NCBI GenBank assembly: GCA_050950765.1
Contig: JBMNIF010000003.1
Coordinates: forward strand, 224,001 to 288,000
Direction: 5' to 3'
DNA: 64,000 bases
From: Bdellovibrionota bacterium
GTDB lineage: Bacteria; Bdellovibrionota_C; UBA2361; JAAYZI01
In this document: one piece after another, positions 1-10,155 of the stretch
Layout of the letters: every line of letters begins with the position of its first letter
Position numbering within the stretch: the stretch's first letter is position 1
Made by a program: the position numbers and the translations under genes
The notes under the pieces: generated by a model
The model's input: the letters and a program-made list of their open reading frames with translations, nothing else
What the model was told of the DNA's origin: nothing
Databases searched by the model: none

Positions 1-1611
1 CTCTTTGAACAATTTCTGCAACCGTTGTGCTGACAACTGGATAGGAGTTAAAGGATTTTTAATTTCATGCGCGATACGCCTCGCCACCTCTCTCCATGCT
101 GCTGATTGCTGCGCCATAACTAATTCCGTTACATCGTCAAAAAGCAGCACACTTCCTAGCCTATTCCCTGCATTATCAGCGATAGGACCAACAGTAGCTA
201 CAACCTTACGCAACCTACCATTATTCGAGATACCCATCTCTCGCTCCGTAGCACTGACATTAGTCGAAACACTGTCAATACACCGCAACAACGCTTCAAT
301 CTGTAATAAATCAGTAGGAGATAAGATCTCCGACAATTGAAGATTATAATTATCGCTATTTTCATTCACACCAAAAAGTTTCAACGCCGCCTGATTAAGT
401 GAAGTCACATTTCCATCCATATCAAGCGCAATTACCGCCACCGCCAGTTTTGCTAAAATTGATTCCAAATACAGCTTTCTTGTTTCTATCTCTATACGAG
501 ATTGCTTCAAATCAGCCGTCATCTTATTAAAGGACTTAACGAGAAAACTAATTTCATCATCTCCCGTTTCGCGCAGTTTAAAATCATAATTACCACGCGC
601 AACCGCCTTAGTTCCCTCTGCCAATCTCTGCACCGGTCCCGTGATTTCACGCGCAATATAAAAGCCAACCCAAATAGCAGCAAAAAGAATAATAGCCGTA
701 ACCATCGCCAAAGTTAGTATATAACCTGATTGTAGCGGTCTATGAAAAAGTTTTAACTGTTCATGCTCCCTGTATGAATCATCAATAACAGTCAACATAT
801 TCATCAATTGCGGATTTAAACGGTAGGTCGCTATTAAAACATCATTATCACCTGCAAGCTTTACAAGATAATAAACCCTAATAAATTTTTTACTATCAGG
901 TGGTTCTAAAGCATCAAGTGGTTCACCGCCAAGAGCTTGATTAATGGCATCTTGATTCGGAATCGGCTCACTAAGATCGCTTATAGTGGCAGCTGCATTA
1001 TGTGCCGAGATAACTTTTCTTCCATCAGAGGTAAATATACTTAAACTAAACAGTTTATTTTTTTTGCGCGCGTTTTCTAAGAAATCATACAGCACTGTTT
1101 TTTCCCGATATATTAACGGTTTTTTTGAAATCTCTTCAGAAACTTCAGCAGCAAGCCCTGTCAAACTCTTACTAATGAACTCATAATGTAGCTTAGCCAC
1201 TCCCACTGCACTGTCATGCAGATCCTCAGTCGGAGTGCTGAACCAACGATCCATAGCATTCGTCATCATCATACTAGCCAGAACGAAAACGATAATAGTC
1301 GGGACAAGCGTTAAGCCAACAAAGGCCAGCACCAGACGTGATCTAAGGCGAGCTCCAAGTACATTATTTTTTCTATCAAAAACCAACTTGACGATATTGC
1401 GTCCGATCAAAAACCCCATCACACCTAACGCAATAATGTTGAGATTGACCACAGCAACGACTAAGAGGTTCGTCCCCATAAAATTGGAATCTGTCTCGCG
1501 CAGGCAATACATCAAAAGGGCTAAGATTACAGCTGAAGAAACAAGTACAGCTATCCTAAGCAGCCCAGTACGCCTCCATAACAGACGAACTCGCTTACCT
1601 CTCGAAACCAT
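1..1611 (-). CDS. NtrY-like membrane sensor histidine kinase (HAMP/PAS/HisKA), 3' end runs off the window
   Basis: Not in the ORF track; translated by hand from ATG at 1611: ...NLNIIALGVMGFLIGRNIVKLVFDRKNNVLGARLRSRLVLAFVGLTLVPT...AMDRWFS, and H-box AAWREVARRIAHEIKNPLTPIQLSAQRL near 20-105. Confidence 0.9.
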   Translation of the reverse strand, partial: MVSRGKRVRLLWRRTGLLRIAVLVSSAVILALLMYCLRETDSNFMGTNLLVVAVVNLNIIALGVMGFLIGRNIVKLVFDRKNNVLGARLRSRLVLAFVGLTLVPTIIVFVLASMMMTNAMDRWFSTPTEDLHDSAVGVAKLHYEFISKSLTGLAAEVSEEISKKPLIYREKTVLYDFLENARKKNKLFSLSIFTSDGRKVISAHNAAATISDLSEPIPNQDAINQALGGEPLDALEPPDSKKFIRVYYLVKLAGDNDVLIATYRLNPQLMNMLTVIDDSYREHEQLKLFHRPLQSGYILTLAMVTAIILFAAIWVGFYIAREITGPVQRLAEGTKAVARGNYDFKLRETGDDEISFLVKSFNKMTADLKQSRIEIETRKLYLESILAKLAVAVIALDMDGNVTSLNQAALKLFGVNENSDNYNLQLSEILSPTDLLQIEALLRCIDSVSTNVSATEREMGISNNGRLRKVVATVGPIADNAGNRLGSVLLFDDVTELVMAQQSAAWREVARRIAHEIKNPLTPIQLSAQRLQKLFKE

Positions 1612-1615
1612 AACA

Positions 1616-2197
1616 CTATTCCTTATCTGCAGATTTTACGTGTTTAAATTCAAAATCAATCCAGCCCGTATCAAAACCACTCATTCGATACAATCCGAAC
1701 GTTAAGAAATTGGAGATGCTTCCTACCGTGCGATTATAGTCACCAAGACAATCAGAAAAAGCTCTGGCTCTTAAATAACTTTGCGGATCTTCCAGATACG
1801 AAGAATCTTCATGCGCAATAAAGTGCATCGAGAGATCTTCAACTACAAAAAAAGCCCGTTGAGCCTCATTCAACGAGTTATAATACGTAACAAGTGCAGG
1901 CTGGTCATCTCCGATCCGATCCGCTTCCATTTTGTATTGATTCGTAATTGAATTATAAGTCAGTTGATATTTAATACGTCTTTTACGTGGACAATCATCA
2001 AACCAAAAACGATTTTTCTTACAGATCTGACTTTCAAAATTATAACGTAAAACAAAACCACTTTTAATGCAGTGCTCGAAAAGAGGATCTTTTCCCTGTA
2101 AATTAACTGTAATAGAATTTTGAACACGATCTATTACTAACTGCAAATCTGGCACTGCTAACAGAAATGAAAAAATCGCTAAAAATGCTGCGTGCAT
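1616..2197 (-). CDS. DUF4390-like secreted/periplasmic protein
   Basis: Signal-peptide-like N-terminus, YQLTYNSITNQY motif, C-terminal FDTGWIDFEF; lies immediately upstream of the ntrY-like kinase, the usual DUF4390 context. Confidence 0.65.
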   Translation of the reverse strand: MHAAFLAIFSFLLAVPDLQLVIDRVQNSITVNLQGKDPLFEHCIKSGFVLRYNFESQICKKNRFWFDDCPRKRRIKYQLTYNSITNQYKMEADRIGDDQPALVTYYNSLNEAQRAFFVVEDLSMHFIAHEDSSYLEDPQSYLRARAFSDCLGDYNRTVGSISNFLTFGLYRMSGFDTGWIDFEFKHVKSADKE

Positions 2198-2213
2198 GAC
2201 ACCAAATCCTTTA

Positions 2214-3293
2214 TTAACTTAATTTTAGACTAATCTGCTGTGACTTAAAAGGTCGTCCTAAATGAAGATATCCTTTCTCCATCACTGCACGCCCCCTTCT
2301 TGTGCGTGCAATATACCCTTCCTGTACAAGATAAGGTTCATAAACATCTTCAATAGTCTCACGCTCTTCACCAACAGCTGCCGCTATCGTTTCCACACCT
2401 ACGGGACCACCTGAAAAACGATCGATGATTGTTTCAAGAATGAGCCTGTCCATTTTGTCTAAACCGCATTCATCGATATCAAGTAAAGATAAGGCCTGCC
2501 GTGTCAGCTCTTTTGTTATCACACCGTCAGCCTTATCTTCTGCAAAATCCCTAACACGTTTCAACAATCTATTAAGAATACGAGGAGTCCCTCTAGCACA
2601 TCCTGCCAACTCATAAGCAGCGTCTTCCTGCAAAACAACACCCAAAATATCTGAAGACCTTTGCGCTATCTTTTTCAATTCCTCTTTAGTGTAGTAATTT
2701 AATCTATACACTAACCCAAAACGATCCCTTAACGGTGAAGTCAATAAGCCTGTGCGTGTTGTCGCACCAACTAAAGTAAACGGCTTCAGATCTATTCGTA
2801 CAGACTTGGCAGCAGGTCCTTGCCCTATCAAAATATCAAGTTCGAAATCCTCAAGTGCAGGGTAAAGCACCTCTTCTACAACTCGCGGCATCCGATGAAT
2901 TTCATCGATAAACAAAACATCATTAGTATCAAGCGAGGTTAAGATCGCTGCAATATCCCCTGGCTTCTCAATTACAGGACCAGAAGTAGACTTAAACCCA
3001 ACTCCCAACTCTCCAGCGACAACTTTCGCAAGCGATGTCTTGCCTAACCCTGGAGGCCCATGCAACAAGAGATGATCTAAAGAATCGCCCCGCTTCTTAG
3101 CAGCACGACACGCTATCAATAAATTTTCTTTTATTTTTTCCTGACCGATATATTCAGAGAAGCCTTGAGGTCTTAAAGTAACAAAACTTTGTCTATCATC
3201 AGCCGTCTCCTCTTCAACATTTCTAAGACCAAGCCAAGTTTCAATATCGTCATCCGACGATCTTATTAAAACTTTATCGCCGGAACTGTTCAT
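2214..3293 (-). CDS. ruvB: Holliday junction branch migration helicase RuvB
   Basis: [20 protein letters not shown] Walker [40 protein letters not shown]. Confidence 0.98.
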   Translation of the reverse strand: MNSSGDKVLIRSSDDDIETWLGLRNVEEETADDRQSFVTLRPQGFSEYIGQEKIKENLLIACRAAKKRGDSLDHLLLHGPPGLGKTSLAKVVAGELGVGFKSTSGPVIEKPGDIAAILTSLDTNDVLFIDEIHRMPRVVEEVLYPALEDFELDILIGQGPAAKSVRIDLKPFTLVGATTRTGLLTSPLRDRFGLVYRLNYYTKEELKKIAQRSSDILGVVLQEDAAYELAGCARGTPRILNRLLKRVRDFAEDKADGVITKELTRQALSLLDIDECGLDKMDRLILETIIDRFSGGPVGVETIAAAVGEERETIEDVYEPYLVQEGYIARTRRGRAVMEKGYLHLGRPFKSQQISLKLS

Positions 3294-3377
3294 AATATAA
3301 GACCTCTCAAAAACTAAAACAAAAAATCTCTCTCTTAACAGATTTTACAACACCGTTAACACCATTCAAGGTGTTCA

Positions 3378-3980
3378 TTAAACATAACGTAACGCTTCTT
3401 TAACAACACGACCTGAATCAATCTCACCTTTCAAACCACTCTTCGCCACACTGTGCACCGCAGCTTCAGCCTCTTTGCGTGCAAACCCCAAAGCTAGCAA
3501 GGCTTGTAAAGCTTCTTCATAAATCTGTGCAGAACCTACCGTCACAACATCAGCAGCACTTGAACGGTGATCCAAAGCAAACTCTCCGACTTTATCCTTT
3601 AACTCAACAATAATTCGTTCCGCTGTTTTTTTCCCAACCCCCTTCACCGTTTGCAGAAGGGCAGCATCTCCAGCTCCTATGGCACGCAAAAGATCGAGCT
3701 TATCAATATGTGAGAGGATATCTGATGCACTGCGCGCACCAACCCCTTTAACCTTCAGCAACAATAAAAAAGCCTGCTTTTCCAAACGATCTAAAAAACC
3801 ATACAGATTGATAGCGTCTTCCCTAACATCAGTATAGATCACCAAACGTGCTTCTTCACCTTGAACAAGACTTCCAGCACATGCCAAAGAACAACGCACT
3901 TCATACCCCACTCCGCAAGCTTCAACGGTAGCAATGCGTCCCTGTAATTCTGTAACAACACCACACAAAGAGGAGATCAT
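3378..3980 (-). CDS. ruvA: Holliday junction branch migration protein RuvA
   Basis: GVGYEV, VREDAINLYGF, HhH motifs VKGVGARSA and VKGVGKKTAERIIVELKDK; second ATG (3980) has a well-spaced AGGGG RBS. Confidence 0.96.
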   Translation of the reverse strand: MISSLCGVVTELQGRIATVEACGVGYEVRCSLACAGSLVQGEEARLVIYTDVREDAINLYGFLDRLEKQAFLLLLKVKGVGARSASDILSHIDKLDLLRAIGAGDAALLQTVKGVGKKTAERIIVELKDKVGEFALDHRSSAADVVTVGSAQIYEEALQALLALGFARKEAEAAVHSVAKSGLKGEIDSGRVVKEALRYV

Positions 3981-4013
3981 AAAACACATCCCCTAAAAGA
4001 CAAAAATAACAAA

Positions 4014-4766
4014 CTATTGTTGTCCTTCAATAGCTTCTAAATCAGCATCATCCATCTCAAAGTTGGCAGAAACGCTCTGCACATCATCAAGTTCATCCAA
4101 AGCATCAAGAAGTTTTAAAAGTTTTTCAGCATCTTCACCCGCAACATTTACCTTTGTCTCAGGCACAGGACAAACCTCCCCCTCAAGGTTTGGAACGATC
4201 TCCTCCAAAGCCGCCTTAACATCTTCAAACGCTTTTGGTGAGGTCAAAATCTCCCAGACTTCGCCTTCGTCTTTGATATCATCAGCACCTGCTTCCAGAG
4301 CTACATCAAAGATCTTTTCCTCTTCAGCTGCTGTCTTTTCAATTGTAATAAGACCAGCCTCTTTAAAAAGATAAGCAACGGAGTTGGCATTAGCCATACT
4401 GCCACCATTTTTTGAAAAAGCGTGTCTAACTTCAGCAACAGTGCGATTTCTATTATCAGTTAAAGCTTTTATAAGAATAGCTACGCCACCTGGACCATAA
4501 CCCTCATACACGATATCCTCGTAATCAGCACCGTCAACTTCTCCCGCTCCACGTTTTATAGCTCTATCTATACTATCATTGGGAACACTTTGAGACTTTG
4601 CGGCTTGCACGGCTGTCTTCAATCTAACATTGCCCTCTACATTTCCTCCACCCATCTTTGCCGCTACTTGAATCTCTCTTAAAAGCCGCGTAAAGATCTT
4701 ACCCCTTTTCGCATCAACAGCTGCTTTTTTACGTTTAATGGTCGCCCACTTGGAATGTCCTGACAT
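4014..4766 (-). CDS. yebC: YebC/PmpR family protein
   Basis: MSGHSKWATIKRKKAAVDAKRGKIFT, YEGYGPGGVA, TDNRNRTVAEVR, LDDVQSVSAN. Confidence 0.97.
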   Translation of the reverse strand: MSGHSKWATIKRKKAAVDAKRGKIFTRLLREIQVAAKMGGGNVEGNVRLKTAVQAAKSQSVPNDSIDRAIKRGAGEVDGADYEDIVYEGYGPGGVAILIKALTDNRNRTVAEVRHAFSKNGGSMANANSVAYLFKEAGLITIEKTAAEEEKIFDVALEAGADDIKDEGEVWEILTSPKAFEDVKAALEEIVPNLEGEVCPVPETKVNVAGEDAEKLLKLLDALDELDDVQSVSANFEMDDADLEAIEGQQ

Positions 4767-4834
4767 ACGATCACGCTCCCACAACAAATAAATTCAAACA
4801 AAATCAGACGTTTAATCACGCTCTAGGCAAGTGA

Positions 4835-4864
4835 AGTATAGAAGCTTTTTTGATTCACTGTCAA
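4835..4864 (-). promoter_or_regulatory. sigma70-type promoter for yebC-ruvA-ruvB
   Basis: Minus strand TTGACA (4864-4859), N18, TATACT (4840-4835). Confidence 0.6.
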
Positions 4865-5032
4865 ATTATCTCTTCAAAAGATCCCTTCTTACATTTTAAA
4901 ACAATAAGTGCAACTTTCAATTCTAATATTTAGGAATTCCTCAATTTTTTACCTTTTGCTTTGTCATCCTTCCACATTATGGTATTAGAGCAAGGTGTTT
5001 TGTGATTTTTTAATAAGAAAAGAGGGCTTCAG

Positions 5033-5752
5033 ATGCTCCCAGCACACGAACTATATCAATACAAACCTTTTGACGGTTCCAGTCACCTCTGGGCACAAAA
5101 CATCCTCGCAAAAATTTCTCCACAAGCAGCGGTACTAGATTTCGGTGCAGGTAGTGGCTGTATGGGCAACTACTTAAAATCTATCGACATTACTGATATT
5201 TATGCTGTGGAAATCGATCCTGAGGCGCAAGAACATCTTTCAACTATATATAAAGAGGTCAAGGATGACATTTCAGCTTTTGACGGAAAAAAGTTCGATG
5301 TTGTGTTGTTACTCGATATCCTTGAACACCTCCCGAACCCGAGATCGTTCTTGCAACAACTTAAATCATACCTTGCAAAAGATGCTCTTATTTTGGTTTC
5401 TATCCCCAACATCGCGCATTGGAGCATCCGTTTTTCACTTCTTTTCGGATCTTTTAATTACACGGAGCGCGGCATCTTAGATCGTTCTCACCTTCATTTC
5501 TTTACAAGAAAAAGTTTTAAACACCTTATAAAAGAAAGCGGTTTTTCAACTTTAGAATTAAGCCAATCAGTCATTCCGTTAGAGCTGATACTTCCGAAAT
5601 GGCTATACTCCAACATCTTTTTTAAATTTTTTACATTAATAAGAAAAAGTGGCGCACGACTACACCCTTCCTTTGGCGCATTTCAACACTTGGCACTTTT
5701 AAAAGCACCTTCAGAAGAATTTTTCGAAGATAAAATTAGCACTCTAAACTAA
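5033..5752 (+). CDS. Class I SAM-dependent methyltransferase
   Basis: VLDFGAGSG motif I, FDVVLLLDILEHL, SIPNIAHW, GILDRSHLHFFT (type often linked to glycan loci). Confidence 0.88.
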   Translation: MLPAHELYQYKPFDGSSHLWAQNILAKISPQAAVLDFGAGSGCMGNYLKSIDITDIYAVEIDPEAQEHLSTIYKEVKDDISAFDGKKFDVVLLLDILEHLPNPRSFLQQLKSYLAKDALILVSIPNIAHWSIRFSLLFGSFNYTERGILDRSHLHFFTRKSFKHLIKESGFSTLELSQSVIPLELILPKWLYSNIFFKFFTLIRKSGARLHPSFGAFQHLALLKAPSEEFFEDKISTLN

Positions 5753-5861
5753 ACAAAGGCGACGATAGTTTTTTTTTATTTACAAAGCTCATCGTAACTT
5801 AGAGAATCAATTGTATTATCAAAACACTCCAACGATTGAATATAAACTTAACTTCGCCCTT

Positions 5862-6470
5862 TTATAATTTATCACTCTTTGCCAAGTATATTAGAGGCAT
5901 CCCGAGTAACGAAAAAAGATATTTAACCACAAAATTAAAGAGAAAGATCTGCAGCACCACCTCCCAAGAATAATCAAATGCAAATGCTCCGACACAAAAG
6001 ATTAAATTATCGATCGGAATACTGATACTATTACTAAGCAAAACCCGCCCCCACTTATAGCGATCTTTAAAACGTCTTACAAAGAGTTGATAAATTTCTG
6101 TATCAACCATTTCACTAACGTACTGCGCCAAGATAGAGAAGATAACGACTCTCCATATCGGAGACATCGTCTTATCAAACGTAGCAGAAGTTGAGGTCGA
6201 AAGCTCTGTTGGGAAAATTGAAATAAAATAGAAATAAAGCACCATTAAAAAATTAAAGAGAGCGGTGTAAACAATCACTTTCTTAGTTAATTTTTTTCCT
6301 AACTCTCTATGTATCAGATCTCGTAAGGTAAAGGTAAGGGGATATAAGAAAACCCCCATATCAACAGCATAACCGCAAACTATACCGATCTTAAGAGCAG
6401 CCACATTTGCTATCAATTGAAACGAAACATAACTGATAATTGAAAAAAGTAAGAGATTATTCATACCCAC
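5862..6470 (-). CDS. Queuosine precursor transporter (YhhQ/DUF165/VUT family)
   Basis: Multi-TM; IANVAALK, YPLTFTLRDLIHRELG, RVLLSNSISIPIDNLIF motifs. Confidence 0.85.
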   Translation of the reverse strand: MGMNNLLLFSIISYVSFQLIANVAALKIGIVCGYAVDMGVFLYPLTFTLRDLIHRELGKKLTKKVIVYTALFNFLMVLYFYFISIFPTELSTSTSATFDKTMSPIWRVVIFSILAQYVSEMVDTEIYQLFVRRFKDRYKWGRVLLSNSISIPIDNLIFCVGAFAFDYSWEVVLQIFLFNFVVKYLFSLLGMPLIYLAKSDKL

Positions 6471-6515
6471 TCTGAAAGTTCTAAGATCTGTTTAAAAAAT
6501 AAAATTACCCTTTCA

Positions 6516-8276
6516 CTATCTCCTTAGCGTTTTGCTTTTTGAATAGATAGCCAGACTCTCTTTTATATGTAAAATCTGTTTTTCGGAAAGACCATACAAT
6601 CGATAAATCTCATCTTGTAACGGCAAATCTCGTTTAAAATCTCCTGCCAAAATACCATCAACCTCCCTCGTTAGATAACGATTTTCAACTTCAGAAAGGT
6701 GCGGGAACGGTAGCTGCTTTAAATTACCCTTTAAGATTTTAATATCCTCAAAGAGGTGCCAATAAAGGTATTGAAAGAGATCTGAGTTTAAGAAAGCTAA
6801 AGCTGCTTTTATGGAAAGGTTCGGGATTTTCGGTATTAAAATATTTGCACTGTTTAAAAAAAGGTACTGCTTATTATCATAAGCAAAAGTTAAACGTTTT
6901 GAGATAAATTTATATACCAACTTTTCAGCGGCATAGTAACAATCTCCTTTATCAACTTGCTGCAATTGTAACGGATCATATAAGAGATAATTTGAAGGTG
7001 GTTTTAAGAGATACCTCTCAAGATCTTTTCCCGTTCCGATAGCTTGCCACCCCTTGTGACAGATCTTACTTAGTTTGTTTTTATTATCACCTGTTACAAT
7101 CCCAAGCGCCCACTCACTATCTGAAAGGGTGTAGCGAGCTTTTTTGCGTACAGCACCTAAAACAGAGAGATCTTGCGGTGAAAGAAAGGAAAAAACATTA
7201 TCTTCCGTTTGATAGAAACTTAGTAGTTGCAGATCACGTGTGCCACGCGCATCAGAAACAAGTAACTCTTGCTGCGGAGGTGATTTTTTACAAGTTATAC
7301 AAACACCTTTTGTTGTTACGCCTGAAAAAATGTGCTCATAAACCTTAATACGATCTATACAGGTACGCTTCAACATAAAAGACCTGATGCCTTTATGGAC
7401 TTTTATTTTTAATATCGACTCAGGGAATAAAAAACTGATAGTCCCCCCTTCAAGCAACTGTTTATAAGCAGTCATAAAAAAGATTACGGCGGACTCTTTT
7501 GTTGCGATCTCTTGCAAGAACGATTTTTGTACGACCATTCCCCCCCAAGGCGGATTAGTTGCAATATAATCGAAGGAGCGTTCAAACAATCCACATTTTT
7601 TACTTACACTATCGCACTCTGCCTCTTCTAAATAATTTAAACAAAAGACCTGCGGGATAAAATACTCATCACTATACTTCAAGAGAAGATTGACCTCTGC
7701 TATCATAACGGCGATAGCATCATTATCACATCCAAAAAGGTTTAGCGGAGAAGTAGCCTTTACCGCCAAAAGAAAAGCTCCACTCCCGCAACACGGATCA
7801 AAAAAGGTCTCTCCCTTCAAAAAATCAAAACCTGCTGTCATATCTTTAGCAATAGCAGCTGGTGTATAATAAGAACCGTTTATATTTTTTTCCCCTTCAG
7901 AACGTAAACTTTGATAGATTACACCCAAGAGATCGAACTCATCTTGCGGTAAGTCTAACGAAGAGAACTTTTTAATTTCAACCATCTCGTATCTTTGCAA
8001 AACTTGTTGCACATGTTCTTTTTTAAGAATCCCTTTTTGACGCAAAAGAGCCACCGCAAGAGAATATATCGCCTCTTCGATCTTACACCTCTCTTCCTCA
8101 ATTAAGGTAACCAATCTCCGCACAAAAGTTAGATTCGATTGATTTAGTAGACATTCTTCAGGTAATATTTTTTTCTTTGAGCAACGTTTATTTGCCCTTG
8201 AAGTTAAACGAACGCTACCGTCTGTCTTAAGTCGTTTCCAATTCTTTGCGGTAGCGCTTGAAATTAAGCTTTCCAT
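6516..8276 (-). CDS. N6-adenine DNA methyltransferase with TaqI-like C-terminal specificity domain
   Basis: GSYYTP, FFDPCCGSGAFL (motif I), ATNPPW (motif IV), GIVTGDN, LVYKFIS...FLNSANIL. Confidence 0.9.
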   Translation of the reverse strand: MESLISSATAKNWKRLKTDGSVRLTSRANKRCSKKKILPEECLLNQSNLTFVRRLVTLIEEERCKIEEAIYSLAVALLRQKGILKKEHVQQVLQRYEMVEIKKFSSLDLPQDEFDLLGVIYQSLRSEGEKNINGSYYTPAAIAKDMTAGFDFLKGETFFDPCCGSGAFLLAVKATSPLNLFGCDNDAIAVMIAEVNLLLKYSDEYFIPQVFCLNYLEEAECDSVSKKCGLFERSFDYIATNPPWGGMVVQKSFLQEIATKESAVIFFMTAYKQLLEGGTISFLFPESILKIKVHKGIRSFMLKRTCIDRIKVYEHIFSGVTTKGVCITCKKSPPQQELLVSDARGTRDLQLLSFYQTEDNVFSFLSPQDLSVLGAVRKKARYTLSDSEWALGIVTGDNKNKLSKICHKGWQAIGTGKDLERYLLKPPSNYLLYDPLQLQQVDKGDCYYAAEKLVYKFISKRLTFAYDNKQYLFLNSANILIPKIPNLSIKAALAFLNSDLFQYLYWHLFEDIKILKGNLKQLPFPHLSEVENRYLTREVDGILAGDFKRDLPLQDEIYRLYGLSEKQILHIKESLAIYSKSKTLRR

Positions 8277-8303
8277 TGATGCCGTTTGAGAAGAGAGAGC
8301 TTT

Positions 8304-9119
8304 TTAGAGCTCAAGAAGATCAGTCAGAGCAGGATTTAAATAATCTATTTTTATATCTTCAATCTTTCCACCATCACACGCTTTTGCGATTTCAGGATCT
8401 ATCGGCAACCGTCCCAGAACTTTCAAATTAAAGTCTTTAGCGACTTCATTAACTTTTCCTTCCCCGAACAATGCAATCTCCTTAGCGCAATCGGGGCACC
8501 GCACATAACTCATGTTTTCGACCACGCCTAAAACAGGGATGTTCATCATCTGCGCCATTTTTACAGCCTTTTCAACGATCATCGAAACCAATTCTTGTGG
8601 ACTGGTTACCACAATAATTCCATCAACCTTTATTGATTGAAAAACCGTGAGTGGCACATCGCCTGTTCCTGGAGGGCAATCAACAAACATATAATCAACC
8701 TCCCCCCAGACAACGTCAGTCCAGAACTGTCTGACCATACCGGCGATTAGTGGTCCTCTCCAGATAACAGGATCGTTTTCATTCTGTAGCAATAAATTGG
8801 AGGAGATTATCTTAATTCCATCTCTACTACTACGCGGTTCTAGATCACCTTCAATACCAGTAATACCGCCTTTTATACCGAACATTTTTGGCACAGAAGG
8901 TCCCGTAATATCGGCATCCAAGATAGCACATTTTTTACCTTGCGCAGTCATCAAGACAGCCAGTAGTGCCGTTGTTAAAGATTTCCCAACGCCACCCTTT
9001 CCACTAATAACAGCTATCACTTTTTTTATTTTAGAAAGGTGGTGTGGTTCAGCGACGAGACTCTCTGCCTTTTCACACTTATTAGCGCAACTATCACAAT
9101 CATGACTACAATCACTCAT
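8304..9119 (-). CDS. Mrp/NBP35 (ApbC) Fe-S cluster carrier ATPase
   Basis: N-terminal CSHDCDSC, SGKGGVGKS, LDADITGPS, WRGP, DCPPGTGD, ENMSYVRCPDC. Confidence 0.95.
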   Translation of the reverse strand: MSDCSHDCDSCANKCEKAESLVAEPHHLSKIKKVIAVISGKGGVGKSLTTALLAVLMTAQGKKCAILDADITGPSVPKMFGIKGGITGIEGDLEPRSSRDGIKIISSNLLLQNENDPVIWRGPLIAGMVRQFWTDVVWGEVDYMFVDCPPGTGDVPLTVFQSIKVDGIIVVTSPQELVSMIVEKAVKMAQMMNIPVLGVVENMSYVRCPDCAKEIALFGEGKVNEVAKDFNLKVLGRLPIDPEIAKACDGGKIEDIKIDYLNPALTDLLEL

Positions 9120-9185
9120 CTCTAACCCCTCACTCCAAAACTATAAAAAAAGATCTTATCTAATAAGAAACAGAGCTCCTCACAC

Positions 9186-9677
9186 CTACTTCCTATGCAC
9201 AGCCGCCAAAATAGCTTTCTCGTTATAACCCTCTATCACTTTTTTACCAACCATCAAGACCGGCACTCCGGAAACGTTTAATTTTTCATATATTTTTCGT
9301 CCCTGTGAATCTTTCCCGAGATCTATTCGACGGTAATTAACTCGCTTCTTTTTTAAGAGTTGTTCCGTTAAAACACAAAATCCACACCCTTCTCTAACAA
9401 AGAGCAAGACCCTCCCCGAAGGGTGCAAATAACTTGACTCTGCTTGAAGTGTTTCTGAAAAATTAAGTATTTTTGTTTTCCCGATACTTGGTAGTTTTAA
9501 ATCTTTTTCAATAGCACCTTTATATTCCTCAGGAACCTTCGAAGGATCCGTGACATAGTGCTGCACCCCTTCCTTATCTACATATTTAATAATCTCCGCT
9601 TTAGCGAAATCGCCACTTAAAAATATAATCAACGTTATAAAACACCACTTGAAGACCTGTTGCATAATATTCAACAT
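9186..9677 (-). CDS. Secreted glutaredoxin-domain protein with N-terminal DUF4124-like segment
   Basis: Signal peptide, IIKYVDKEGVQHYVTDP, CGFC motif, GVPVLMVG. Confidence 0.75.
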   Translation of the reverse strand: MLNIMQQVFKWCFITLIIFLSGDFAKAEIIKYVDKEGVQHYVTDPSKVPEEYKGAIEKDLKLPSIGKTKILNFSETLQAESSYLHPSGRVLLFVREGCGFCVLTEQLLKKKRVNYRRIDLGKDSQGRKIYEKLNVSGVPVLMVGKKVIEGYNEKAILAAVHRK

Positions 9678-9903
9678 ACTAAATCAATGCAGCGCTCTAT
9701 CAAAGGAGTATTTTTAAACAAACTGAGAAACGGTACTACAAAAGAGCGACGCTTACTTCAAAGTTTCTCGACGGTTTAAATTAAGCAAATTTCGAGTAAA
9801 ATTTCTTACGAAATATTCCTGTCTTTATATGAAAAATTCTCATTTTTAACTTTTATAACAAAGTTTGATTGACGCTCTAAAGACTTTGAGAGATCATAAA
9901 AAG

Positions 9904-10030
9904 ATGAGGTTTCTTCTAAAACAGGTGGTATTCATACCCTCCCCATAGAAGCTTCCCAAACGCCTGTTAAGAAGATAATCTCAGATTGAGATTGGGGCAC
10001 CCGATGCACACCACGTTGGGTGCCTTTTTT
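9904..10030 (+). ncRNA. Candidate small structured RNA (family not recognised)
   Basis: TTGACG-N17-GATCAT promoter-like site (9869-9897), long imperfect stem 9905-9928/9961-9983, terminator hairpin 9996-10024 followed by U-tract. Confidence 0.5.
9996..10030 (+). terminator. Intrinsic terminator
   Basis: GGCACCCGATG pairs with CGTTGGGTGCC, followed by TTTTTT. Confidence 0.8.
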
Positions 10031-10155
10031 GTATCTTCTTTTGCAGACGATATCCTTACACTTCGTAAACTTCACACGATATCCTTTCTTTTCACAAAGC
10101 CATCATTAAGATATAGTCCTTTAAAATATCGCTAGACGGATTTAAAAAGGAGCTT

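Noticed and set aside
5..1705. Four + strand ORFs (5-340, 502-717, 986-1186, 1235-1705)
   Set aside because: Antisense shadows of the minus-strand ntrY-like kinase; the same applies to the many short ORFs opposite ruvB, yebC, fliC, dnaB and others.
6471..6515. preQ1 riboswitch ahead of the YhhQ-family gene
   Set aside because: Only 45 bp of intergenic sequence, with no preQ1-I stem/loop/A-tract pattern.
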